Counted from the stretch's first letter, positions 17,474-26,926 are shown. The stretch is 43,799 nucleotides of DNA from an uncultured Isosphaeraceae bacterium (GCA_964631295.1 CAZVXI010000001.1:1-43799), one strand, 5' to 3'. Made by a program: numbers and translations. Notes: generated by a model not told the origin, from the letters alone.

Positions 17474-18793
17474 CTATTGCGGGCAGTCGCCCCAACCGGC
17501 GAGAACGGCGAGCAGATCCGCGAGCCCGATGAAGCCGTCGGCATCGATATCGCCTGCACACCCCGTTGATGAGCCGCAACTGCCCCATTCGCTGAGCACG
17601 GTGAGCAGGTCGCCCAAGCCGATCATCTGATCGCCATCTGTATCGCCTTCGCACGGCGGCGGACCGTCCGGCTGCAGTTCGAACGGACCAAGGTCCACAT
17701 TCGGTTCGACAATCTCCGGATTATCCGGGTTGGCAAAGCGAGGATTGTGAGCAAGGTCCATCGTGATGTCGTCCGGAATAAACTCGTTCTCACCGGCATC
17801 AATGAGCGGCGAATCTGCTTTCAGATGAAAATCACCAGCTTCCGGATCAACGAATGCGGGGTTCACCTCGACATTCCCTTCCCCTTCCCAGCCACCTTGA
17901 ACGCACGAGTTGAGAATTGTCATCTCGCCGAGCGCGACCCCCATCTCGTCCGCCTCGTCCGGATCTCCATTGTCCCAGAAGATGCAGTTCATTGCCACAC
18001 CAACAGCTGAAGGGCCGATCACCTGGAAAGCCTCGCCGGAAGATGAGTTGGTCGCCTGGTTTTGTGAGAAAGTCGAGTTACTGATCTCGACAACGCTGTT
18101 GTGGTTGTAAATCCCACCGCAGAACCGCCCCTCGTTGTCGACAATAAGACAGTTCACGAACTCAGCACCACTCAACTCACGAAGCGACGCAGCACCTCCG
18201 GAGGCGAACCCATCACCGCGATTCGAACGGAACTCGACACTCACCAATCGCGGAAAACTCGAGTATGCATGGAGGCCACCACCGCCACCCGTGCCGCTCG
18301 CGTTGGCGACGTTGTTCTCAATCACGCAATCGAAGAGCCATGGATTGCCAGTCCAGACTGCAATCCCGCCACCCGCACCGGCCGAGTTGTTTTCGATGCG
18401 ACAGTTGCGAATCGTGGGGCTGGCAGACTGGACGAAAATGCCGCCACCGCGAATCAGGCCACCTGCATCGGTCCCTGTTCCACCAGTGACTGAGAAGCCG
18501 TCGAGGATGCTCTGCGGGCCCTCGAAGTTGACGAACAGGATGACGCTTCCCTCGTCGACAGATCCATCGATCACGGTTTCCGAGGCTCCCTCCGCTGCGC
18601 GTACTTCGATCCGCTTGCCACGAAAGTCAACCGACTCGCGATATACGCCCGGCGCGACAAGGACCAGATCCCCGTCTGTCGAGGCATCGATGGCACTCTG
18701 AATCGTGGAGAACTCGGCTGGCACATCCAGTTGATCAGCCATTGCGGGGCCGCCAACTGCGATACAAGCCGTGATTGCGAATGTCGTCCGCAT
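17474..18793 (-). CDS. Secreted right-handed parallel beta-helix repeat protein with two dockerin-like C-terminal segments
   Basis: The ATG at 18793 is preceded by GGGAGGG. Signal peptide MRTTFAITACIAVGGPAMA. Repeated beta-helix rungs (GGGIFV...NCRIENNSAGAGGGIAVW...CVIENNVA...GGGGLHAY...). C-terminus GDTDGDQMIGLGDLLTVLSEWGSC...GDIDADGFIGLADLLAVLAGWGDCPQ. Confidence 0.85.
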   Translation of the reverse strand: MRTTFAITACIAVGGPAMADQLDVPAEFSTIQSAIDASTDGDLVLVAPGVYRESVDFRGKRIEVRAAEGASETVIDGSVDEGSVILFVNFEGPQSILDGFSVTGGTGTDAGGLIRGGGIFVQSASPTIRNCRIENNSAGAGGGIAVWTGNPWLFDCVIENNVANASGTGGGGGLHAYSSFPRLVSVEFRSNRGDGFASGGAASLRELSGAEFVNCLIVDNEGRFCGGIYNHNSVVEISNSTFSQNQATNSSSGEAFQVIGPSAVGVAMNCIFWDNGDPDEADEMGVALGEMTILNSCVQGGWEGEGNVEVNPAFVDPEAGDFHLKADSPLIDAGENEFIPDDITMDLAHNPRFANPDNPEIVEPNVDLGPFELQPDGPPPCEGDTDGDQMIGLGDLLTVLSEWGSCGSSTGCAGDIDADGFIGLADLLAVLAGWGDCPQ

Positions 18794-19105
18794 AAGAAAT
18801 CCCTCCCACCGGTCAGCTGTCGTCGCGGCGAGGTACTCACAGAACCCATACGCCCAGACTTTCACCGAAGTTGCCTCAAGCCTCCGATTCCAAGATCAAC
18901 GCAACGAACCTGAAATCGACACTTCAAGCCCGCGATGGTGAAACTGCGCCCTTTGGCTGGATGAGGCAAAATCCAAGCGAATAGCCTGCAATAACAGCGA
19001 TCAGGTGGGAACCTGTTCTCGGACCATTACATGGGACACCGATCGGTGACTCAAGAACAAATGATACAACTGCACAGATTGTGGATAACTCTCGACAATC
19101 AGCCA

Positions 19106-19138
19106 TGAAAAAAGGGCGAGCCCGGCGGCTCGCCCCTT
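19106..19138 (-). terminator. Rho-independent terminator of the giant repeat gene
   Basis: Minus strand: GGGCGAGCC-GCCG-GGCTCGCCC (9-bp GC-rich stem, tetraloop) followed by TTTTTTCATGG, about 30 nt after the stop at 19166-19168. Confidence 0.85.
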
Positions 19139-19165
19139 GCGGAAAACTCGTGTCATTGTCGTTCA

Positions 19166-22100
19166 TCACTTGATTGGACGATGCGGCTGATCGGGAGGGA
19201 AGATCTCGTCTCCGAGACCCGAATCGATCTGGTTCAGGAACCGACGCATCTGCTGAGGTGTCTGCGGGGCACCACCGTTCTCAAGGATGGGCTGATTGTT
19301 CGGGTCATACAGGATGACCGCGGGCTGAATGCCCATACCCACGAGCGACATACCGCCCGCCGCGTATGTGTCGCCGTCCTGTCCGGCACCGGTCAGCGTC
19401 AGGAACTTGGCTGAGATACCGGTCAGTGCAGCGGCCTGGCTGACGACGCCAGTGAGACCATTAACACTGCCATTACACTCCGTTGAGGCGACGCCGTCGA
19501 TCCGCGCCTTGGCGGTCGGTGACTGAAGCACTGAGACAATGAAGTTGTTCGGCAAGTCGTAGTTCCGCAGCAGAGTCTGATCCCAGCACGTGATGCAGCG
19601 GCGGGTGTTCGAGAACTTCGTCTCGTTCGTGTTCCACACATTGAACGCAGCCTTGGTCGTTACCGGCCCGGGTGAATTCATCGTGAAGTCCATGTCGAGG
19701 GGCATCAGCGTCAGGTCTTCATCAGACAGGACTGATACACCCGCAGCGATCGAGCTGAGCGCCATCGATGGCGGTGGGTTGAAGTTCAACTGCAACTGGT
19801 TGTAACCCGCGGCATAATCGAGGCCGTCGAGATTCAACACACCCGGCTCACCAAACTTGCCGCCATGCGGGATGAGGTCATCACACACACCGAACGCGTC
19901 TGCCTGGTACTCCCATGCGTAGGCCTGCCCGTAGTTGACGATTGTGGCTGCACCAGCGAGGTGGTTCCAGCGAATCTGCTCGTTGGAGTTATTCGTCGCC
20001 CAGAGGACAAGGAAACCACGCATCACACGTTCACCCGGACGTTCCGGATCAGGTCGGCCCGGCAGGCCGCCCATCGGCGGGTCAAGGACGTGCGCGAATG
20101 GTGACAGACCGCCGGCTGCGGGCTGGCCACTCTTCGCAGACCAGTATGTCGGCTGGTTACCAGTCAGCTGGAACGCATTATCCACGAAGTTCCAACCCGG
20201 GTGAGCCCGCTCGCCTGTTGCAGGGTCTGCCGGGATCGGCGGATCGCCGTTCACGAAGTAGAGTTGAACATAGACATCATCGCCGTAGTCATTGGTCAAC
20301 GCGATAAACGTATCCTGCAGAAGGTTGCCCTCATCGTCCCAGCGAATCTCGATCTTCGGGTAGATCAGCAGCGAGCCCTTCTCGTTGCGGACGCAGCGCG
20401 TCGGGCAATCGACTTCATCACATGTGAGACCGAATCCCAGGAAGTCGCCACCGTTGATTTGGTCACATTCCTCTGCAGTCACTTCGATACAGTCACCGCC
20501 TGGCAGGCAGCATGGCCCCACATCGCATTGAGCATCTGCACACAGGACGCCATCGCCCTGGAACACGCCATTGAACTCTTCTTCGCAGCAGATTTCTGCC
20601 ATCTCGATGCAGGTTCCATCCGGCAGACAGCAAGCGCCAAAGCCGCCGCACTGTGTGCCATCACCTTGGAAAGAGCCGCCCAGTTCATTGATGCAGCAGA
20701 TTTCCGCAACTTCAACACATGAACCATCCGGCAGACAGCACGCACCCGTGCCACCACAGACGGTGTCATCGCCCTGATAGCTGCCGCCCAGTTCGTTGAT
20801 GCAGCAGATTTCTGCAACTTCAACACATGAACCATCCGGCAAGCAGCAAGCGCCAGTGCCACCGCACACGGTGCCATCGCCCTGGAACGTGCCGCCGAAC
20901 TCTTCTTCGCAGCAGATTTCCGCCACTTCCACACACGAGCCGTCCGGGAGGCAGCAAGCGCCGAAGCCGCCGCACTGCGTGCCATCACCTTGGAACGTAC
21001 CGCCAAACTCATTGATGCAGCAGATTTCCGCCACTTCAACACATGAGCCATCTGGCAGGCAGCAGGCACCCGTGCCACCGCACACGGTGCCATCACCTTG
21101 ATAAACGCCGCCGAACTCGTTGATGCAGCAAATCTCTGCTACTTCAACACATGAGCCGTCAGGCAGACAGCATGCACCTGTGCCACCACATTCGGTGCCG
21201 TCGCCCTGATAGACGCCGCCAAACTCGTTGATGCAGCAGATCTCTGCTACTTCAACACATGAGCCGTCAGGCAGGCAGCATGCGCCAGTGCCACCGCATT
21301 CGGTGCCATCACCTTGGTAGGAACCGCCCAGATCCGCACAGCAAATCTCTGCCACTTCAACACATGAGCCGTCAGGCAAACAGCATGCACCTGTGCCACC
21401 ACATTCGGTGCCATCACCCTGATAGGAGCCGCCAAACTCGTTGATGCAGCAAATCTCTGCCACTTCAACACATGAGCCGTCAGGCAAACAGCATGCACCT
21501 GTGCCACCACATTCGGTGCCATCACCCTGATAAGAGCCGCCAAACTCATTGATGCAGCAGATCTCTGCCACTTCAACACATGAGCCGTCAGGCAGACAGC
21601 ATGCACCTGTGCCACCACATTCAGTGCCTTCGCCTTGGAAGGAGCCGCCGAACTCGTTGATGCAGCAGATCTCTGCGACTTCAACACATGAGCCATCCGG
21701 CAGGCAGCACGCACCCGTGCCACCACACTCGGTGCCATCACCTTGGAAGGAACCGCCGAACTCGTTGACGCAGCAGATCTCTGCGACTTCAACACATGAG
21801 CCATCCGGCAGGCAGCACGCGCCGGTGCCACCACACACGGTGCCGTCACCCTGGAAGGAACCGCCAGCAGCGAGGCAGCATGCTTCGGCAGTTACTGTGC
21901 ACGAACCGCCTGGCAGGCAGCACGCGCCGGTGCCACCACACACGGTGCCATCACCCTGGTAATCGCCACCAAACTCGTTAATGCAGCAGATCTCTGCGAT
22001 TTCGATACAAGAACCGTCCGGAAGGCAGCACGCGCCGGTGCCACCACACACGGTGCCGTCACCCTGATAAGAACCGCCGAACTCGTTGATGCAGCAGATC

Positions 22101-23887
22101 TCTGCCGCTTCAAGACATGAGCCGTCTGGAAGGCAGCACGCGCCGGTGCCACCACACACGGTGCCATCACCCTGGAACGAGCCGCCAAACTCGTTGATGC
22201 AGCAGATCTCTGCTACTTCAAGACATGATCCGTCCGGCAGGCAGCACGCGCCAAAGCCGCCGCACGTTGTGCCTTCACCCTGGAACGAACCACCAAGTTC
22301 GGTGCAGCAAAGCTCTGAGATTTCCAGGCACGAGCCATCGGGAAGGCAGCATGCTCCAGTCTCACCGCACGCCTGGCCGGGGAACCACGTTCCGCTTTGC
22401 TGAACGCACTCGATCTCGGAGGTCACAATGCACGAGCCGTCGGGCAGGCAGCATGCCGATTCAGTCGGGCGAAACTCGTAAATCACGGTGATTTTGCCCA
22501 CAGCGCGGTGCGGATCGCGAAGAACATCGCCCTTGCCAACACCCGCCGAAATCAAAGTTCCGATACCGCGGAGCGATGTCAGGAACGTGTCATCATCACC
22601 TTCGATTACGAAGTCAGCAAGCGGCGCTGTGATGCAGCCATCGTCCACTGCATCGGGTGCTGCTTCAAAGCACCACTGTTCGTTTGCTTCCGTGGTATTG
22701 TTGGCGTTGATTGTCTTGTCGCCATCACCGTTGTTGCAGCCACTGTCGATGCAAAAGCCCGGGAAGAAATACGGGCTTCGGAATGCCGTGAACTGACCGG
22801 GCTGGATAAACCCGCCAACACACTCCTCGCAGATCAGAAAGAACTGATCCGGCGCGACAAGCGAACCAACCGGGAACCCACCAAACAAGCCAATCGGGTC
22901 TCGCCAGATGTCGGGGAACTCATCGCCCGGACCGCCAGGAAGGCCGCCCGACGAGAAGTCCAGACCCGGCGCCTGAACATTATCGATCACGCCGTCGTCG
23001 TCTGTGAAGTTCGCGCGCATCTGCTCAACAATGAAGTTGGCGTCAGTCGTATCGACTGCAGCATCGTTGCCGCGGTTATCGAAGACCGCAACCAGAATAA
23101 CGCGGCCATCAACCATGATGCGAACACGCTCAAGCGTGCGTTCGTCGGATGTACCGGTGAGGAGATCAAACTTGTCGAACGTGAATTCGCGGTCCACAGC
23201 AAGCATCACGAAGTCAAAGAACTGGCACTGAACTTCCTGGGAAATTGCATCATCATCGGTCACCGGGCACGTGTTGCCTTCGCCACATTCGATGTTGGTT
23301 CCCTGGAAGAAGCCGCCCGCCAGATCACAGTCGTCGCGTGTCAGTGTCTGACAGGACCCATCGCTGAAGCAGCAGCCACCCGTGCCATTATCAATCGGAA
23401 AGGCCCAGAAGGTTTCATACGGATCATCAATCGAATCGCCGGGGCACTTGGAGCCGAAGCCCTGCCAGATGCCATCGGCCTCTTCACACTCGACGAGCGT
23501 CATGTTCGATTCACACGTGCCATCGCCGAGGATACAGGCACCATCGAGGCGGGTCGTGCCTGCGACATCGCAGATGATCTCATTGCACTGGATGTTGTCG
23601 CCGCGATACGAGCCGCCCATGGCTTCGCAATCCGCGGGTGTTTCCTGACTGCAGACCATGTCGCGCGTGATGGGGTCGAACACGCAGCAAGCCCCCAAGC
23701 ACGTCAAGTCCGCGCACAGGCTGCCGTTGCCATTGAAAAACCCACCCATTGCATTGCAGTCACCCTGTGTGAGTTCCATACAGGTGTCATCAGGAAGACA
23801 ACATGCCCCCTGACCGTACGCCTGTGGAGCGCAACACAACAGCACAAAGAGCGCTCCGATCATCAACAGAATTCGCGACGATGTCAT
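19166..23887 (-). CDS. Giant (about 1573 aa) secreted Cys-rich repeat protein ending in the shared A-B module
   Basis: The ATG at 23887 is preceded by GGGGAGA (8 nt spacer); the ORF track starts at a GTG at 23914. Signal peptide MTSSRILLMIGALFVLLCCAPQAYG. Next come four degenerate GACC...C...GG..G....C repeats, a ~270-aa unique region and 19 tandem 36-aa repeats. The A-B module spans 19166-20383 (EKGSLLIYPKIEIRW...LDP / LPGRPDPERPGERV...WNTNETKFSNTRRCITCWDQ...GKARIDGVAS). Confidence 0.9.
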   Translation of the reverse strand: MTSSRILLMIGALFVLLCCAPQAYGQGACCLPDDTCMELTQGDCNAMGGFFNGNGSLCADLTCLGACCVFDPITRDMVCSQETPADCEAMGGSYRGDNIQCNEIICDVAGTTRLDGACILGDGTCESNMTLVECEEADGIWQGFGSKCPGDSIDDPYETFWAFPIDNGTGGCCFSDGSCQTLTRDDCDLAGGFFQGTNIECGEGNTCPVTDDDAISQEVQCQFFDFVMLAVDREFTFDKFDLLTGTSDERTLERVRIMVDGRVILVAVFDNRGNDAAVDTTDANFIVEQMRANFTDDDGVIDNVQAPGLDFSSGGLPGGPGDEFPDIWRDPIGLFGGFPVGSLVAPDQFFLICEECVGGFIQPGQFTAFRSPYFFPGFCIDSGCNNGDGDKTINANNTTEANEQWCFEAAPDAVDDGCITAPLADFVIEGDDDTFLTSLRGIGTLISAGVGKGDVLRDPHRAVGKITVIYEFRPTESACCLPDGSCIVTSEIECVQQSGTWFPGQACGETGACCLPDGSCLEISELCCTELGGSFQGEGTTCGGFGACCLPDGSCLEVAEICCINEFGGSFQGDGTVCGGTGACCLPDGSCLEAAEICCINEFGGSYQGDGTVCGGTGACCLPDGSCIEIAEICCINEFGGDYQGDGTVCGGTGACCLPGGSCTVTAEACCLAAGGSFQGDGTVCGGTGACCLPDGSCVEVAEICCVNEFGGSFQGDGTECGGTGACCLPDGSCVEVAEICCINEFGGSFQGEGTECGGTGACCLPDGSCVEVAEICCINEFGGSYQGDGTECGGTGACCLPDGSCVEVAEICCINEFGGSYQGDGTECGGTGACCLPDGSCVEVAEICCADLGGSYQGDGTECGGTGACCLPDGSCVEVAEICCINEFGGVYQGDGTECGGTGACCLPDGSCVEVAEICCINEFGGVYQGDGTVCGGTGACCLPDGSCVEVAEICCINEFGGTFQGDGTQCGGFGACCLPDGSCVEVAEICCEEEFGGTFQGDGTVCGGTGACCLPDGSCVEVAEICCINELGGSYQGDDTVCGGTGACCLPDGSCVEVAEICCINELGGSFQGDGTQCGGFGACCLPDGTCIEMAEICCEEEFNGVFQGDGVLCADAQCDVGPCCLPGGDCIEVTAEECDQINGGDFLGFGLTCDEVDCPTRCVRNEKGSLLIYPKIEIRWDDEGNLLQDTFIALTNDYGDDVYVQLYFVNGDPPIPADPATGERAHPGWNFVDNAFQLTGNQPTYWSAKSGQPAAGGLSPFAHVLDPPMGGLPGRPDPERPGERVMRGFLVLWATNNSNEQIRWNHLAGAATIVNYGQAYAWEYQADAFGVCDDLIPHGGKFGEPGVLNLDGLDYAAGYNQLQLNFNPPPSMALSSIAAGVSVLSDEDLTLMPLDMDFTMNSPGPVTTKAAFNVWNTNETKFSNTRRCITCWDQTLLRNYDLPNNFIVSVLQSPTAKARIDGVASTECNGSVNGLTGVVSQAAALTGISAKFLTLTGAGQDGDTYAAGGMSLVGMGIQPAVILYDPNNQPILENGGAPQTPQQMRRFLNQIDSGLGDEIFPPDQPHRPIK
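20399..22462 (-). repeat. 19 in-frame tandem repeats of 105-120 bp (mostly 108 bp) encoding GACCLPDGSCVEVAEICCINEFGGSYQGDGTECGGT
   Basis: The period was checked directly: GTCAGGCAAACAGC recurs at 21371 and 21479 (108 bp apart). Units 21371-21478 and 21479-21586 differ at 3 of 108 nt. There are 6 Cys per 36-aa unit. The outer copies are more diverged than the central ones. Confidence 0.95.
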
Positions 23888-24490
23888 ATCAGGTATCTCC
23901 CCGCAGCTTGTCACACACCGATGTGTGATCGAACTGCAATTTTCCCCACGTGTTGTGGACCAAGAACTTCTTCACCGGCGAAAAGGCCGCAACCCTGACC
24001 AACAGCGCGCAATGACTTCGCCCTCGAGCCATTCCACCTTAGCGCATTGACCATGGTCACTTTCCACCCACTCCATTCGACCTGGGCCACTCCGCCCAGC
24101 GACTCTCCGCGATTTCATCGATGGTCCGGCGCGCTATGACGCGCGCTCGTCCTCGCGGATATCGGACATATATCACCAGAACACGCCGCCGATGTCAAGT
24201 AAAGACTTGGACTATCGGAACTTGTAGCGCGACATGAACTTCGGCAACTGTTCGATCGCGCACGCTGATCGACAGATCAGGCGAGCCGTCGACGTGAAAA
24301 CACTAACTGCATGGGATTTCGAGACTTATGAGGAGCTCGGCCTACGTTGCCACCGCGGATTTTCACCCGACATTGTTGACACAGATCCTTCCCTGCTTCG
24401 CAGCACTACCCAGTCTCACATCTGATGAAACAGCGCGCAATGGGGAGACGCCTAAAAGATGTCCACATGTCGCTTGTTAAGAGAGGCGAA

Positions 24491-24538
24491 GCAGCAAAAG
24501 GAGAGAACGCTCGCACGGTGGTATGCGCGTGCGAGCGT
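24491..24538 (-). terminator. Rho-independent terminator of gene 24567-26777
   Basis: Minus strand: ACGCTCGCAC-(12 nt)-GTGCGAGCGT (10-bp stem) followed by TCTCTCCTTTTGCTGCT. It starts 29 nt after the stop. Confidence 0.75.
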
Positions 24539-24566
24539 GAAAAGTCGTTTGCAAGATCCAGCCCGC

Positions 24567-26777
24567 TTACGGGTCGAGGATCGTCCACGGTGATACGCCG
24601 GCCGGGTTGCCTGATGCAGCAGACCAGAAAGTCGTCTGGTTGCCCGTCAGCAGAATCTCATTGTCAACCCAGTTCCAACCCGGGTGTTCGCAAATATCGT
24701 TCGGTGTGACTTCCAACATGGGGTCATCGCCGTTCACGAACATCATCTGAACGCGAACATCTTCACCGAAGTCATTGGTGAGTTGGATGAACGTATCCTG
24801 GGTGACTTCGCCAAACTCGTTGAAGCGCACCTCGACCTTCGAGAACACAAGCAGGCTCCCCTTCTCGAAGACACTGCCACGTGCCACCGCACCGTCACCA
24901 CGACCAATCCCATCAAAGGTGGGTCGCGGGCGCGTGGGCTGTGTTCCACCGACAATTTCGTCTGGCGGTGCGAGCACGTCATAACTGATTGCAGCCGTTC
25001 GTTCACCCATGCCCACGAGGTTCATCGCAGATGCGTCGCCTCCGGGAACGCCCGGCGTTCCTCGAGCCACCGGTGGCAAAATGCGCTTTGTGGCAACACC
25101 GAGCAGGGACGCAGCCACTGAATCAGTGCATTCATCGGCAGCAACACCCGAGATTCGAGCCTTGCCAACCGTTGTCTGGAGATTGCTGATCAGGAAGTTG
25201 TTCGGCACGGATGCGTTGTCCGCAAACTGACTCAGGAGTGTTTCATCCCAGCATGTAATGCAGCGTCGTGTATTCGAGAACTTCGTCTCGTTCATGTTCC
25301 ACACATTCACCGACACCTTCGTGGTTGTCGGCCCGGCAGTGTTCATCGTGAGGTCTGCATCGAGCACGTGCAGCGTGAGGTCGGTTTCCGTGGTCACGAT
25401 CGCATCAAGACTCGAGACCATCGCGGCACCCGGCGCGACGAAGTTGAGCAACAACTCGTCGTAGGTGGCTGCATACTCGTCCCCATCAATGTTCAGCACA
25501 CCCGGCGTGCCGGACTGCTGTCCATGCGATGCTGCCGACGGCACGACTGGATATGCCATCGCACCGTATTCCGAAGCAGACGCTCCTCGATAATCAACGA
25601 CTGTCGCATGACCGGACAGGTGATTCCATCGAATCTCCTGATTGTTATTGTCAACGGCCCACGCAAGTACGTAACCGCGAATCACCCGATCTGATGACCC
25701 ATCCGGGTCGGGACGGCCTGGAAGTTCGCATGGTGAAGCGAGGAACTTAATCGTGATATCGCCCAGACCGGTCTGTCCATCGAACCCGGCAACCTGAATC
25801 AGGTATGACTGTCCCTCAACGGCCTGAAACTGAACAGCAGATTGAGCAGTCAACCCACGACTTTCTTCTGCAGTACAGATTGTACTATCGTCGTTACACT
25901 CGATCAGTGGTGGCAGCGGATCACAAGAATCGCCATCGTACACGCCCAGCGTCGTATCAAAGAGGCTCCCGCACAGGTCAACCTGCACAGTGCCAGTTGC
26001 AGGCGAGGTGAAGACGTACCAGATGTCATTGTTCTCGCCGAAAGTGCAACTGCTCGGCCCCCCATCCGCACCTTGCGTGTTGAACGGCTGATCAGTCACG
26101 AGGCCGATGGCCTCTGCATCGAAACAGTCATCGTTTGCGGGCGGTGCCAGCTCGGCACCTTCGAGTTCGAGATCATATTCGCCACACCCGAGGATGCTGG
26201 TGAGTTCACCGGACCATCCGATCAGTGGATCGGATGCACCCGCGCCAGTGGGACCAGTCTGGCCCATCGAAGGCAGGTCGAAGATGGAACCGGATTCGCT
26301 CACCGGCTCGCGCGAGTCGGCCACGATCGCAATGATGTATTCACCTGGGCCGGGAAGCACCTCGCACCCGTCGATCACAACCGGCGGAGAACCGTTGGGC
26401 GGCGGATCGAACTCGCCCCGCGCCTCCGAAAATGCTTCATCCGCACCGATCAAGCCGAATCCATCAAGGGAGAATATATACAATCGTGCGTCAAAGCACG
26501 GGCTGAACTCGATGAAGAACTCGCAAGGATCGTCGATGGTGATAATGAAGAGATCTTCAAAGTCACTTGGGTCGAGGCCGCCGCCACCGCGAGCGGTCGC
26601 TTCGAGGCCTTCGAGTCGACCACTGATCGATGTTACTTCTCCGCTGCCGCGCGTCCGCTGGGCGGTCCCGGACAGATTGCCAGCATCGCCATCCTCGACC
26701 CATTCCGGCCCGGCAAGAACACACGGCGCGATTGCCGCTGTCAGCGCGCCTGCCACCATCCACGGTTGCAAACCCAT
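24567..26777 (-). CDS. Secreted protein with two N-terminal jelly-roll-like modules and a circularly permuted (B-A) copy of the shared module
   Basis: The ATG at 26777 is preceded by AGGAGGGG. Signal peptide MGLQPWMVAGALTAAIAPCVLAG. The N-terminus has GDAGNLSGTAQ...DFEDLFIITIDD and ANDDCFDAEAI...DIWYVF...CNDD...SYLIQVAGF segments, which look like pre-peptidase-C-terminal (PPC) domains from memory only. Then B (25724 downward: LPGRPDPDGSSDRVIRGY...WNMNETKFSNTRRCITCWDE...GKARISGVAA...NLVGMG), a ~25-aa linker and A (24570-24866: EKGSLLVFSKVEVRF...HPGWNWVDN...LTGNQTTFWS...VSPWTILDP-stop). Confidence 0.85.
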   Translation of the reverse strand: MGLQPWMVAGALTAAIAPCVLAGPEWVEDGDAGNLSGTAQRTRGSGEVTSISGRLEGLEATARGGGGLDPSDFEDLFIITIDDPCEFFIEFSPCFDARLYIFSLDGFGLIGADEAFSEARGEFDPPPNGSPPVVIDGCEVLPGPGEYIIAIVADSREPVSESGSIFDLPSMGQTGPTGAGASDPLIGWSGELTSILGCGEYDLELEGAELAPPANDDCFDAEAIGLVTDQPFNTQGADGGPSSCTFGENNDIWYVFTSPATGTVQVDLCGSLFDTTLGVYDGDSCDPLPPLIECNDDSTICTAEESRGLTAQSAVQFQAVEGQSYLIQVAGFDGQTGLGDITIKFLASPCELPGRPDPDGSSDRVIRGYVLAWAVDNNNQEIRWNHLSGHATVVDYRGASASEYGAMAYPVVPSAASHGQQSGTPGVLNIDGDEYAATYDELLLNFVAPGAAMVSSLDAIVTTETDLTLHVLDADLTMNTAGPTTTKVSVNVWNMNETKFSNTRRCITCWDETLLSQFADNASVPNNFLISNLQTTVGKARISGVAADECTDSVAASLLGVATKRILPPVARGTPGVPGGDASAMNLVGMGERTAAISYDVLAPPDEIVGGTQPTRPRPTFDGIGRGDGAVARGSVFEKGSLLVFSKVEVRFNEFGEVTQDTFIQLTNDFGEDVRVQMMFVNGDDPMLEVTPNDICEHPGWNWVDNEILLTGNQTTFWSAASGNPAGVSPWTILDP

Positions 26778-26926
26778 CACAGCCCCTCCTGATTCACCGG
26801 CGGCTGTACACAGGTAATGCTGCGAGACGAGACAAGCACAGCAATCACTCAGCCACCTGTGGAGGGTGCAAGCCCCTCCGGACTCATATCTAAACGGATT
26901 TCCTGTCCAGATTCAAGACAGGTTCG

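Noticed and set aside
20399-22462. Regular 108-bp (and, at 28075-29045, 99-bp) periodicity that could be mistaken for a CRISPR array or satellite.
   Set aside because: There is no alternation of conserved repeats with unique spacers. The whole unit repeats, it is in frame and it keeps the Cys/Gly/Asp codon pattern, so these are coding tandem repeats.
22397-23998. A 533-aa plus-strand ORF, together with other long ORFs opposite or out of frame to the island genes (27964-29247, 28122-28976, 33571-34575, 25842-26792, 20479-21096, 21247-21849).
   Set aside because: They are shadows of the minus-strand genes. Their products are low-complexity (Arg/Ser/His/Pro runs that follow the repeat period) and lack starts with an RBS. 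The chosen minus frames give signal peptides, conserved domains and paralog matches.
24168-24198. A perfect TTGACA (minus strand, 24198-24193) followed by the AT-rich GATATAT, about 280 nt upstream of the giant gene. Possible promoter.
   Set aside because: With a 17-18 nt spacer the -10 hexamer is only TGATAT/GATATA (3 of 6 matches). The better TATATG would need a 20-nt spacer. Not supportable without transcript mapping.
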